From positions 840,001-872,000 of the forward strand of contig NC_017080.1 of the NCBI RefSeq assembly GCF_000284115.1: a stretch of 32,000 bases of DNA, written 5' to 3'. Shown in pieces: positions 1 to 9,200 of this stretch (position 1 is its first letter; each line of letters starts with the position of its first letter). Source of the DNA: Phycisphaera mikurensis NBRC 102666. Lineage in GTDB: Bacteria; Planctomycetota; Phycisphaerae; Phycisphaerales; Phycisphaeraceae. The notes beneath the pieces were generated by a model. That model was not told the origin of the DNA and did no database searches. It saw nothing but the letters and a program-made list of their open reading frames with translations. Position numbers and translations under genes: made by a program.

Positions 1-73
1 TTCGAACCCACGAACGGTGTGACCCGTTACAGGTTTTCGAAACCAGCGCCTTCAGCCACTCGGCCACCTCTCC
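1..73 (-). tRNA. tRNA-Ser (anticodon CGA), 3' end truncated by window edge
   Basis: The reverse complement reads GGAGAGG-TG-GCC-GAGTGGCTGAA-GGC-G-CTGGT-TTCGAAA-ACCTG-T-AACGG-GTCACA-CCGTT-C-GTGGG-TTCGAA... This gives a 7-nt acceptor arm, a 3-bp D stem and an anticodon loop UU-CGA-AA. It also has a long 5-bp variable arm (class II tRNA) and a T arm GTGGG/TTCGAA. One U-U mismatch sits in the anticodon stem. The last ~17 nt lie outside the window. Confidence 0.85.
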
Positions 74-85
74 TGGTGGGCCGGC

Positions 86-114
86 AATATAGAGCATCGT
101 GCGCCATCTGCCGA
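86..114 (-). promoter_or_regulatory. Candidate sigma70-type promoter for tRNA-Ser (-35 TCGGCA at 114-109, 17-nt spacer, -10 TATATT at 91-86)
   Basis: On the minus strand, TATATT is an isolated AT hexamer in very GC-rich DNA. It ends 12 nt upstream of tRNA position +1. A weak -35 (4/6 match to TTGACA) lies at a 17-nt spacing. Confidence 0.4.
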
Positions 115-229
115 TCGGCCTGCGCCCTCGGAGGCGGCCGGGACACGGCTCACGGTGCGTCAGCCCGCGCCGGCCGCCCCGCAGCGCCACCGCGGTCCTT
201 GCCGGAGCGACCCGCGGAGAACCCCCGAT

Positions 230-275
230 CCGCGGACCGAGAAGCCGTCCGCCCCCGGAGCCCCGCGGTCCGCGG
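230..275. repeat. Copy 1 of the 10-26-10 inverted-repeat element (CCGCGGACCG-N26-CGGTCCGCGG)
   Basis: Left arm exact at 230-239, right arm exact at 266-275, 26-nt spacer. The right arm extends to the 13-mer CCGCGGTCCGCGG (263-275). The element ends 2 nt from the stop codon (278-280) of the PEGA lipoprotein gene, a terminator-like position. Confidence 0.9.
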
Positions 276-277
276 CT

Positions 278-715
278 TCAGCGATCGTGCATCGCCCGCT
301 GCCGCAGCGCCCGCGCCCGCCCGAGCAGGGCGTCGGTCGAGGCGTCGCCCGCGTCGGGGCTCGGCTCCAGAGCGAAGCTCCAGTGCAGGTCGACGTCCGC
401 CCCCACCGCCTCTCCGATCAGGTCCAGCGGCGGGAACTCCCAGAAGGGCGCGACCGCCCGGTGTTCCGTCCAGAGCGGCTCGAAGCCGTCGGCCCGCAGC
501 CGCACGTCGTACACGCCGTAGTAGGTGAACGGGACGGTCACCGGCGTCCGCCCCACCTCCTGGTCGTTGAGGTGGACCAACGCCCCGCTGGGCTCGCTCT
601 GGATCGTGACGAAGCGGTCGGTCCCGCAGCCCGACGAGGCGGACCACGCCCCGCCCACGAGCGCGAGCGACAGCAGCCGCTCCGCAGCCCCCATCTTGAA
701 TCTCGTCTGCGGCAT
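278..715 (-). CDS. PEGA-domain lipoprotein
   Basis: 145-aa ORF. The signal peptide has a lipobox (LVGGAWSASSG-C). The PEGA-like motif is 'VTIQSEPSGALVHLNDQEVGRTPVTVPF..YDVRLRADGFEP'. An alternative ATG lies at 694. It sits 48 nt downstream of the act cluster on the same strand. Confidence 0.75.
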   Translation of the reverse strand: MPQTRFKMGAAERLLSLALVGGAWSASSGCGTDRFVTIQSEPSGALVHLNDQEVGRTPVTVPFTYYGVYDVRLRADGFEPLWTEHRAVAPFWEFPPLDLIGEAVGADVDLHWSFALEPSPDAGDASTDALLGRARALRQRAMHDR

Positions 716-763
716 CCCTGGCGCTCCGCGGTGCTCGGCAACCCCTCCCCGCGGGAAGATCCT

Positions 764-1048
764 CTAGAACGCCTCGGCGACCTCAGCCATCGCCGCGTCG
801 ATCTTGCCGTCGAGGTGGGCACGCTGCCCGTCCTGCAGCCGCACGAGGTCGGCGTTGAGGCCCGCGGCGTCGGCCTGCCGGGCGGCGGCGTTGTTGAACT
901 CCCAGCGGAACCAGCCCGTGGCGCCGGTGATCGTGATGATCAGCAGCAGCACGAAGAGGACCGTCACGAAGGTGATGATCCCGAAGTTCAGCTCGCGGGT
1001 CGTGCCCACGCCGGTCGCGGCGTGGGCGTCTGGGGTCTCAGTGTCCAT
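764..1048 (-). CDS. Small single-TM membrane protein in the ActG position of the ACIII cluster
   Basis: 94-aa ORF with one hydrophobic helix (FGIITFVTVLFVLLLIITITGA). Its ATG overlaps the actF stop by 11 nt, consistent with translational coupling. I recognise no sequence family; the assignment is by position only. Confidence 0.5.
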   Translation of the reverse strand: MDTETPDAHAATGVGTTRELNFGIITFVTVLFVLLLIITITGATGWFRWEFNNAAARQADAAGLNADLVRLQDGQRAHLDGKIDAAMAEVAEAF

Positions 1049-2729
1049 GGGCGGTGCCTCCGGCGGCGGGGTCGTGGGGGTGCTCCTCCACGCGGTGCAT
1101 CGGGGCCCACACGGAGGTGTCCAGCGCCAGGGCCTCGTGCATCCGCGGGTCGCGGTGGGCGACCAGCCGGTGGCGAGCGGCCTTGCGGAGGGCCGCGGCG
1201 ACGGTCAGCGCGAGCAGCCCCACCGCGACGAGCAGATCGATCGGCAGGAAGCCCAGGTCCATCCCCGGGCTGGTGAGAACGGGCATCGCCATCCAGTAGA
1301 AGTCGACGTAGACCATGACCAGCAGCCAGACGGCCATGATCGTCCGCGTCGTGGGGTTGCGCTTCGTCCACGCCGGCAGCAGGATGGCGAAGGGCACCAG
1401 CAGGTGCAGGAACAGCATTGAGAGGGCGATCCAGCTCCAGCCGCCGCCGTAGGTGCCGGCCCCGCCGTCGCTGGCGGTGCCCTGGACCGTCGTGATGCCC
1501 CGGAGCTCGAACCAGTAGGTGGTCTCCGGCAGCGAGGCGTACCAGATGAGCATGAACTGGCTGAAGCTGACGTAGCCCCAGAAGAACACGAAGGCGAAGA
1601 GCAGCTTGGTGAGGTCGTGGAAGTGGGCGGTCTTCACGTTCGGCAAGAAGCCCTGCTTCTTCAGGAAGGTGGCGAGCAGGATGATGACCGCCAGGCCCGC
1701 GGTGAAGGCGTCCGCGAAGAAGATGACGCCGAACATCGTCGAGAACATCACCGGGTCCAGGCCCAGCAACAGGTCCAGCGCGACGCCCATCGTCAGCAAC
1801 GCGAAGCAGATCACCGACACGGGCGCCCACCACTCGCGGCGGTTGGTGTGGGCCACGTCGCCGTCCTCATCCTGCGCCACCGACTTCCGCCAGAACCAGT
1901 AGCCGATCGCGCCCAGCACGCCGAAGTACAGGATCCAGCGGAGCACGAAGAACCACGGCTCGAACCACGGCTGCTTGAGCTCGGTGAAGTACTGCAGGGC
2001 GCCGTCGTACCAGCCCATGTCCGCGTTCTGCTCGGCGACGTAGGAGTAGCCCATCGGGCCGTGGTGCTCGCCGTGGTGCGCGTCCGCGGCGTGGCCGACG
2101 GCGTGCTCGGCCATGCCCTGTCGGACGACGCCGGCGGGGTTCTGGCCCGCCTCGTGGCTCGGCGTGTCGGCGTGCTCGAGGCCGTCGGGGGTGACGCCCG
2201 TGGCGGGCTGGCCGCCGTGCCCGGCGGCGTCGGGCGAGCCCGCGACGGGCCGGGCCCCGGCGGCGGCGAGCTGGATCGCGTCGAAGGGCCCGCCGCGGAA
2301 CGGGCCGTCGGGCGACACCATCGCGTGCTCGCCGGCGGGCGCCTCGAAGGTCTGGGCCCACGGGTACAGCGCACCCTGCCAGGAGGCGACGTAGAGCAGG
2401 ATCGGGAGGAACAGCAGCGCCATCGTCGGCATCGACGCGGCGAACACCTCGGCCAGCCGGCGGACCGTCACGCACCACCCGGCGCGGAACAGCGTCGTGA
2501 TCAGCGTGAAGAACAGGCAGCCGAGCACGATCGACATCGAGAAGGCGTAGCCGATCAGGTAGGCGAAGCCGAAGCGTTGGATCCCCCGCTCGCCGAAGAG
2601 CAGGGCCAGCAGCAGCGCGAGGCCGAGGCAGGCGGCACCGGCGATGAGCAGGTTCCGCATCCACGGCCACGCGCGGCGGCCGAGGATGGCGGTGTCTTCG
2701 GCGGTGAGGGCGGGTGCGTGATGGGCCAT
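1038..2729 (-). CDS. actF: Alternative complex III subunit ActF (NrfD-like polytopic membrane subunit)
   Basis: 563-aa polytopic membrane protein, paralogous in pattern to the ActC ORF. It occupies the last large position in the actABCDEF order. It carries a ~100-aa His/Gly/Ala-rich loop insert (residues ~126-226). Confidence 0.8.
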   Translation of the reverse strand: MAHHAPALTAEDTAILGRRAWPWMRNLLIAGAACLGLALLLALLFGERGIQRFGFAYLIGYAFSMSIVLGCLFFTLITTLFRAGWCVTVRRLAEVFAASMPTMALLFLPILLYVASWQGALYPWAQTFEAPAGEHAMVSPDGPFRGGPFDAIQLAAAGARPVAGSPDAAGHGGQPATGVTPDGLEHADTPSHEAGQNPAGVVRQGMAEHAVGHAADAHHGEHHGPMGYSYVAEQNADMGWYDGALQYFTELKQPWFEPWFFVLRWILYFGVLGAIGYWFWRKSVAQDEDGDVAHTNRREWWAPVSVICFALLTMGVALDLLLGLDPVMFSTMFGVIFFADAFTAGLAVIILLATFLKKQGFLPNVKTAHFHDLTKLLFAFVFFWGYVSFSQFMLIWYASLPETTYWFELRGITTVQGTASDGGAGTYGGGWSWIALSMLFLHLLVPFAILLPAWTKRNPTTRTIMAVWLLVMVYVDFYWMAMPVLTSPGMDLGFLPIDLLVAVGLLALTVAAALRKAARHRLVAHRDPRMHEALALDTSVWAPMHRVEEHPHDPAAGGTAHGH

Positions 2730-2783
2730 AAGGTTCCGCTTGGCGGATGGTCGTTCGATCGGGGATCCGGCGTCGCGGGCGTT

Positions 2784-3734
2784 CTACTCGGCGCCGATGC
2801 CCTCGCCCACGCCGTCGGGCGCGGAGGCGTCTTCCTCGGCGTTGTCGGAAGGCGAAGCGTCGGTGCTGCTGTCGGCGCCGAGCCCGGGCACGGCGGGGTC
2901 GCCCTCGTTGGCGACGACCGTCGGCTCGGGCGGGTTGAGGATCGCTTCGGGGATGTCGGGCTCTGCGGCGGCGTCGGACTCCTCCCCCGCCGCCTCCGCT
3001 TCGGCCGCCTCCGCGAGCACGTCCGCTCTCTGAGCTTCCTGGAGGGCGCGGATGTAGGCGACGACCGCCCAGCGGTCCTCGACCGGCATCGCGTGGGCGT
3101 AACCGGCCATGCTGCCCTTGCCGTTGGCGATCGTGTTGTAGAGGTGCCCCTCGCTGTACAGCTCCGGGCCGTAGGCGAGTTTGTCGCCCTCGAGCTTCAT
3201 CAAGCTGGCGGGCGGCACCCAGACGGTGCCGAGCCCGCGGCCGGAGGTCATCAGCTGCTGCGCCCGCTGGTGGACCGGCCCGTTGCCGCGGCCGTCGAGG
3301 CCGTGGCAGAGGCTGCACATCGCGTCGTAGCGCTCCTGGCCGTGCTTGACGAACAGCTCGTCCACCGTGATCTCTTCCGGGAAGCCCGTCAGGTAGTGGG
3401 TGGTCGTGCCGGAGGGGTTCTCCTCGGTGGCGGCGGCCTCCACCAGCTCGAAGCCGCGGTTGAGGTGGTCGTCGTCGCCGAGCTGCCCCCGCCCGACGGC
3501 TCCGGGCACCGCCGGACGCATCGCCCGGCCGTCGGCGAAGAGCGCGGAGGCGCCCTGTGCCTTGTGCTTCACCTGGTTGTCCATGTCCTGGAACAGGTGG
3601 ATCCGCGGCTCCTTGTGGTAGCTCGTGGAGTGCATCAGGAACAGCGTCAGCGGAACCAGCGACGTGACGGCGCCGAGCAGCAGCACGAAGACGAGGGGCC
3701 GCGGGGGCGAGGGCAGGTGGAGGGGGAGTTTCAT
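2784..3734 (-). CDS. actE: Alternative complex III monohaem cytochrome c subunit ActE, with an acidic Ala/Glu/Asp/Pro-rich C-terminal tail
   Basis: 316 aa. N-terminal TM helix, a single CxxCH (CSLCH) and a downstream Met ligand region (GKGSMAGYAHAMP). It lies between actD and actF. Confidence 0.8.
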   Translation of the reverse strand: MKLPLHLPSPPRPLVFVLLLGAVTSLVPLTLFLMHSTSYHKEPRIHLFQDMDNQVKHKAQGASALFADGRAMRPAVPGAVGRGQLGDDDHLNRGFELVEAAATEENPSGTTTHYLTGFPEEITVDELFVKHGQERYDAMCSLCHGLDGRGNGPVHQRAQQLMTSGRGLGTVWVPPASLMKLEGDKLAYGPELYSEGHLYNTIANGKGSMAGYAHAMPVEDRWAVVAYIRALQEAQRADVLAEAAEAEAAGEESDAAAEPDIPEAILNPPEPTVVANEGDPAVPGLGADSSTDASPSDNAEEDASAPDGVGEGIGAE

Positions 3735-3794
3735 GATCCCGTGGCTCCGGGCTTCGCCCGGGCGGATGGTGGGTTCGGTGCGGCGGGAGGCGTC

Positions 3795-4457
3795 TTAGTC
3801 CCGCACGAGGTCGGTGGAGAGGGCGCCCTGGTCCTGGAGGAACTTCAGCGTGCGGTGCTCGTCGAAGCGGGGGTCGTCGGCCTGGATCGCGAGGATGAAG
3901 CGGTCGTCGGTGGCCCGCTTCATCAACGGGCTCTTGAAGAGCGGGTTGAAGAGCATTGGCAGGCGGTTGAGCAGGAACATCGCGAACACCGCCGTGTAGG
4001 CGGCGAACATGATGGTCAGCTCGAAGATCACCGGGATGTACGCCGCGAGGGCGGCATAGGGCTTGCCCGAGATCAGGTACTGGTACCCCTCCAGCGACAC
4101 CGGGATGAGGGGCACCCCCTGCGGGCCGGCCATCGTGTAGAGCGTGAGGGACAGGCCGGTGGCCATGCCGCCGAGCCCCATCGCCAGCACGATCCAGGGG
4201 AGGATCGTCGGCTTCACGTCCAGGGCCGCGTCCATGCCGTGGATCGGGAAGGGCGTGTGGACGTCGGTGCGGGTGTACCCGGCCTCGGTGCAGCGCTTCG
4301 CCGCCATCAGCACCGAGTCGACGGTGTCGAACTCGGCGAGCAGGGCGTAGGGCATGCCCGCGTCGATGCTCGCGGCCACGCGGTGCCCGCGCGGCAGGTC
4401 GATCAGCGTCTCGGAAGTCGGTTGGGAGGCGGCGGTGGTCAAGGGTTCGCTTCGCAA
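3795..4457 (-). CDS. actD: Alternative complex III subunit ActD (DUF3341-type membrane protein)
   Basis: 'YALLAEFDTVDSVLMAAKRCTEAGYTRTDVHTPFPIHGMDAAL' followed by two TM helices is the DUF3341/ActD pattern. The start is uncertain. The track start at 4457 is a TTG, and the first ATG is at 4355 (186 aa). High GC3 between 4355 and ~4420 suggests translation starts upstream of the ATG. Confidence 0.8.
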   Translation of the reverse strand: MRSEPLTTAASQPTSETLIDLPRGHRVAASIDAGMPYALLAEFDTVDSVLMAAKRCTEAGYTRTDVHTPFPIHGMDAALDVKPTILPWIVLAMGLGGMATGLSLTLYTMAGPQGVPLIPVSLEGYQYLISGKPYAALAAYIPVIFELTIMFAAYTAVFAMFLLNRLPMLFNPLFKSPLMKRATDDRFILAIQADDPRFDEHRTLKFLQDQGALSTDLVRD

Positions 4458-4634
4458 GGAGGGAGGTGGCGGGCGGCGGTTCCGACTCGGCGGTGCCGGG
4501 TGTGCGGCCGGTGCGTCTGCATTCTCAAGGGGCGGTTCGCGGGTCGGCGTCCTGGGCGGGGGTGGGTCGCGGGAGGGGCGGGCAAAGACGAGATCGTGCT
4601 TCCGCTGCGATCCGCACGCCCGCTCGCTTCTGCA

Positions 4635-6047
4635 TCAGTGGTGCGAGGCATGGGCCGCGGGCATGACCGTCTTGACCTCGGAGATCGCCACGGTCGGAAG
4701 GAACTTGAGGAAGAGCAGGAAGTTGGTGAAGAACAGCCCGAAGCTGGCGGTGAACATCAGCCCGTCCACCCAGGTGGCCTCGAAGAGCGCCCAGCTCGAC
4801 GGCAGGAAGTCGTTGGAGAGCGAGGTGATGGTGATCACGAAGCGCTCGAACCACATGCCGATGTTCACGCCCATCGCCGAGATCATCACGATCCAGGGGT
4901 TCAGGCGGAACCGCTTCACCCACATCAGCTGCGGAGCGCAGATGTTGCAGAGGAACATCGTCCAGAAGGCCCAGGCGTAGGGCCCGAAGGGGCGGAAGAG
5001 GAAGATCGCCTTCTCGTAGTGGTGGCCGCTGTACCAGGCGTAGAAGAACTCGGTGGTGTAGGCGAACGCCACGATCATGCCCGTTCCGAGCATCACCTTG
5101 GCGCAGTTGTCGATGTGCCGCTCGGTGATGATGTCCTTGAAGCCCAGCAGGTAGCGGGCGGGGATCGCGAGCGTCAGCACCATGGCGAAGCCGCCGAAGA
5201 TGGCCCCCGCCACGAAGTACGGGGGGAAGATCGTCGTGTGCCAGCCGGGCAGCTGGGCGACCGCGAAGTCGAAGGACACGACCGAGTGCACGGAGAGCAC
5301 CAGCGGGGTGCACAGCGCCGCGAGCAGCAGGTACGCCTTCTCGAAGCGGCTCCAGTGGCGGCTGCTGCCGGTCCAGCCCAGGCTGGCGATGCCGTAGCCG
5401 ATCTTGGCGATGCGGTTCTTCGTGCGGTCGCGGAGCGTCGCGATGTCCGGCACCATGCCCGTGTACCAGAACAGCAGCGAGACGCTCGCGTACGTGGAGA
5501 CCGCGAAGACGTCCCAGAGCAGCGGCGAGCGGAACTGCGGCCACATCGCCATCTGGTTGGGGTACGGGAAGAGCCAGTACGCGAGCCAGGGGCGGCCGAC
5601 GTGGATGGCCGGGAAGATGCCGGCGCAGACGACCGCGAAGATCGTCATCGCCTCGGCGAAGCGGTTGATGCTCGTCCGCCAGTTCTGGCGGAACAGGAAG
5701 AGGATCGCGGAGATCAGCGTGCCCGCGTGGCCGATGCCGACCCAGAACACGAAGTTGATGATTGGGAAGCCCCAGGCGTTGGGCTGGTTGTTGCCCCAGA
5801 CGCCCACGCCGGTGGTGACCAGGTACCCGATCAGGCCGAAGAACAGGCCCGCCAGCCCCACCGCCGGGACGAACAGCACCCACCACCAGATCGCCGGCCA
5901 GGACACGGCCACGCGGGAGACGCGGTCGGTGACGTCGCGGAAGCCCAGCCCACCGAGCACCAGCGGTGCGCGGCGGGTGGGATCGTCGCCCGTGTTGGAT
6001 CCCGCGTCGCGGGGGCCGAGGTCGTAGCCGGGGTGGATGGAGGCCAT
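4635..6047 (-). CDS. actC: Alternative complex III subunit ActC (NrfD/PsrC-like quinol-interacting membrane subunit)
   Basis: 470-aa polytopic membrane protein with NrfD-family hallmarks ([27 protein letters not shown]...). ATG start at 6047. Confidence 0.88.
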   Translation of the reverse strand: MASIHPGYDLGPRDAGSNTGDDPTRRAPLVLGGLGFRDVTDRVSRVAVSWPAIWWWVLFVPAVGLAGLFFGLIGYLVTTGVGVWGNNQPNAWGFPIINFVFWVGIGHAGTLISAILFLFRQNWRTSINRFAEAMTIFAVVCAGIFPAIHVGRPWLAYWLFPYPNQMAMWPQFRSPLLWDVFAVSTYASVSLLFWYTGMVPDIATLRDRTKNRIAKIGYGIASLGWTGSSRHWSRFEKAYLLLAALCTPLVLSVHSVVSFDFAVAQLPGWHTTIFPPYFVAGAIFGGFAMVLTLAIPARYLLGFKDIITERHIDNCAKVMLGTGMIVAFAYTTEFFYAWYSGHHYEKAIFLFRPFGPYAWAFWTMFLCNICAPQLMWVKRFRLNPWIVMISAMGVNIGMWFERFVITITSLSNDFLPSSWALFEATWVDGLMFTASFGLFFTNFLLFLKFLPTVAISEVKTVMPAAHASHH

Positions 6048-6075
6048 GAAGCTTGTTTCAGGTCGTCCGCCAGTG

Positions 6076-6121
6076 CCGCGGACCGTGATCGGTTTGGGTC
6101 GTTCGAGCCCGCGGTCCGCGG
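6076..6121. repeat. Copy 2 of the 10-26-10 inverted-repeat element
   Basis: CCGCGGACCG at 6076-6085 and CGGTCCGCGG at 6112-6121, 26-nt spacer. The right arm extends to CCGCGGTCCGCGG (6109-6121). It lies in the 235-bp actB-actC spacer, 29 nt upstream of the actC ATG. Confidence 0.9.
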
Positions 6122-6282
6122 ATGTTCGGTCGTGTCAGCCGCTCCGGGTCATCGTCGCGGGGCGAGGCAGGGCGGGCGGGCGGGATCGGCCTGGGGCCTG
6201 GGCTTCGAGCCTCCGGCGGCTCCATCTCCGCGGCCCTCCGCGGTCCTCCGCGTCGTCCCGCGTGGCGCGGCCCCCGTCCGCT

Positions 6283-9200
6283 TCAGCCGTGGTCGTGGCT
6301 CTTGCTCGTGTCCTTGCCCTTGGCCGACGCGACGGGGTTGCTGATCTTGGCGAGGTACTCGGTGCGGGCGCGGTGGTTGAGCTCGGAGAGCAGGGCGTAG
6401 CTGCGCGGGTTGTGCTGCTGGAGGACGCTCACGTGGCTGTCGGGGTCGTTCAGGTTGCCGAAGACGATCGCGTCGGTGGGGCAGGCGTTCTGGCAGGCGG
6501 TCCGGATCTCGCCGTCCTGCACCAGCCGGTCTTCGTCGGCGGGGTTCTCGCCGGCGGTCTTGCGCTTGGCCCAGTCGGCCTTGAGCGCGATCTTGGTGCG
6601 GCTGATCCGCTGCGTGCAGTACGTGCACTTCTCCATGACGCCGCGCATCCGCACGGTGACGTCGGGGTTGAAGAGCATCCGGCGCACCTGGTCGACCACG
6701 TCGCCTTGCTGCGTGTCGGCGAAGTCCAGCCAGGGCTTGTTCTGGACCTCGATGCCGAGCTTCTTGCTGCGGAAGAAGGAGCTGTCCAGCTTCGAGTGGT
6801 AGTCGAAGTAGTTGAAGCGACGCACCTTGTAGGGGCAGTTGTTGCTGCAGTAGCGCGTGCCGATGCAGCGGTTGTAGACCATCGCGTTGAGGCCCTCGGT
6901 GTCGTGCACCGTGGCGGCGACGGGGCAGACCTGCTCGCAGGGCGCGTTCTCGCACATCACGCAGGCCAGCGGCATGTTGACCGAGCCGAAGGTCTCGCTG
7001 GTCGTGCCCTCGGGATCGCCCTTGAAGTAGGTGTCGATGCGGATCCAGTGCATCTCCCGGCTGATGAGCACCTGATCGCGGCCGACCACCGGGATGTTGT
7101 TCTCCGCCTGGCAGGCGACCACGCACGCGTTGCAGCCCGTGCAGGTGCTCATGTCGATCGACATGCCCCAGGCGTGGGGCACGTTGAACGTGTCGGGGCC
7201 GTCGGGGTTGGGCTGAACGAACTTGGGCTGGTCCGGCCCGGTGACCGAGGGCGGGTCGAACAGCTGCAGCCGGATGTCGGTGTGTGCCCCGGCGGAGGCG
7301 AAGCCCGGGTTCGCGAGGTAGGCGGCGAGGGTCGCCTCCTTGACCGTGTAGCCGCTCTGGTGGGGCTTCTTGCCGGCCCGCTTCTGGATCGCGTAGTCCT
7401 CGATCGCTCCGCGGCCGTGCTGGCCCTCGGGCTTGAAGGGGCTGATGAGGTGGTGCGTCGAGGTGGTCGCGAGCTGCGTGTGCCCGCCCGCGCTGGCGAT
7501 CGTCGCCGGGGCCGACCACATCTGGCCGCTGGACCGCAGCGGGTACACGTTCTGGCCGACGCCGGTGCCGACGTTGCCGCTGACGCGGCGCCCCTGGCCG
7601 ACGTTGACGACGGCGACGCCCTTCGCCTGGCCGGGCATCACGTACACCGGCAGATCCACCGAGCCGGTGGCCGTGGTCACGGTGACGGTGTCGCCGTTGT
7701 CGACGCCGAGCCCGCGGGCATCGGCCATCGAGAGCCGGACCGGGTTGTCCCAGGTGACCTTCGTCAGCGGCTCGGGGAGCTCCTGGAGCCAGCCGGAGTT
7801 GGCGTAGCGGCCGTCCCCGATCGAACCCTCGGCGAAGACGAGCTGGAAGTCGCCTCCGGGAGCGTCCGGCAGCTCCGCGGCCGCGGGGCTGCCGACGGAA
7901 GCCGACGCGAAGGCGGAATCGCGGACGAGACCGTCGTGGACGAAGCCGCGCCAGGCCTTCTCGGCCTCGATGCCCGAGAGCTCGCCGGCGAACACCTGCG
8001 CCTGCGGGTCGTAGCCGGACGCCCCCACCACCGGGGCCCAAGCGCGCCGCACCAGGTGGTATCCGAGGCTGCCCGGGGCGGAGACCGCGGGGTCGCCGCT
8101 GGCGATGGCGGCCAGCTCGATCGGGGTGCGGCCGCCGAAGAGCGGCTCCAGCAGCGGCTGCTGGAGCAGGAGGGTGCCGTCCCAGGCGCGGCCGTCGCCC
8201 CAGCTCTCCAGCGCGTGGGCGCGGGGCAGGTGCCAATCGGCGGCGGCGGAGGTCTCGTCGACGTAGAGCCCGAGGCGGACGACCGTTGGCGCCTTGGCGA
8301 AGGCCTCGGCGACGCCGAGATCGGCCGGGGCGTCGAAGACCGGGTTGCCGTCGAGCACGAGCAGGGTGTCGACCTCGCCGCGGTCGAGCTTGGCGAGCAG
8401 CGAGCTGAGCGAGGGGAGGCAGGCGGCCTCGGCCGCGGGCAGCTCCAGCACGCGGACGGTCTCCCCGAGATTGCCCAGCTTCGCGTTGATCGCGGCGGCG
8501 AGGGCGTGGGCGGCGGCGGGCTGCGCGCGGCCCACGGTGACGAGGGTGCGTCCGCGGGCGGCGGCCTGCAGGTCGCCGGCGAGGGGGGCGAGGAAGCCCT
8601 CGGCCTCGGCGGGGAGCAGCTCGGGGGCGGGGTGGGCGACGCCGGCGACGCCGAGGCGGGCGGCGAGCTCCTGGAGCGCCGCCAAGACGCACGCGGGCGT
8701 CACCTGCATCGTCACGTCGGCGCTGGCGAGCGTGCAGGTCGGCGACGGAGCCGCGGCGTACAGCCGGCTCATCCCCGCCTCGCCCTCCACGCCCCTCTGC
8801 AGGCCGCGGTCGGACGAGCGGCGGTTCACGGCCCAGCCGGCGGCGTTGCTCAGGTAGCCGGGCCCCTCGGCGAGGAAGTCGTCGTCGAAGCAGGCGATGA
8901 CGTCGGCCTTCGCCGCGTCGGCGACGAGGCGCACCGGCTCGCCGCCGAAGGCGAGGGCGAGGCCTTCGATCTCGTTGTCGCGGTTCAGCGGCTCCCAGAC
9001 GTGCCAGCTGCCGGCGCCGTGCTTCGCCTCGAAACGCTTCTTGGCTTCGGCGGCCGCCGGGCCGCTCTGCGGCGTGGCGAGCACGGCGACCCGGCCGGCG
9101 AAGGGCTCGGCCGCCAGGAACGCCTCGAAGGTGGAGGCCCCCCCGGCGAAGGGCTCCGCCTCCTCCCCGGCGCCGCGTGCGCGGTCGACCCGGATGACCG

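Noticed and set aside
4456-4666. Shine-Dalgarno-like AAGGAGGG (4456-4463) followed by a 66-aa plus-strand ORF (GTG 4466)
   Set aside because: The spacing to the GTG is only ~3 nt. The peptide is Gly/Arg-rich junk overlapping the actC 3' end antisense. The purine run is better explained as part of the G-rich template-strand spacer.
1617-6344. 1575-aa plus-strand ORF, one of the longest in the track
   Set aside because: It is antisense to actC, actD, actE and actF. Its translation is Arg/Gly/Glu/His/Asp-rich low complexity with no recognisable motifs. The opposite strand encodes clearly recognisable ACIII subunits with proper membrane helices and haem motifs. This is a shadow ORF caused by stop-codon scarcity in GC-rich DNA.
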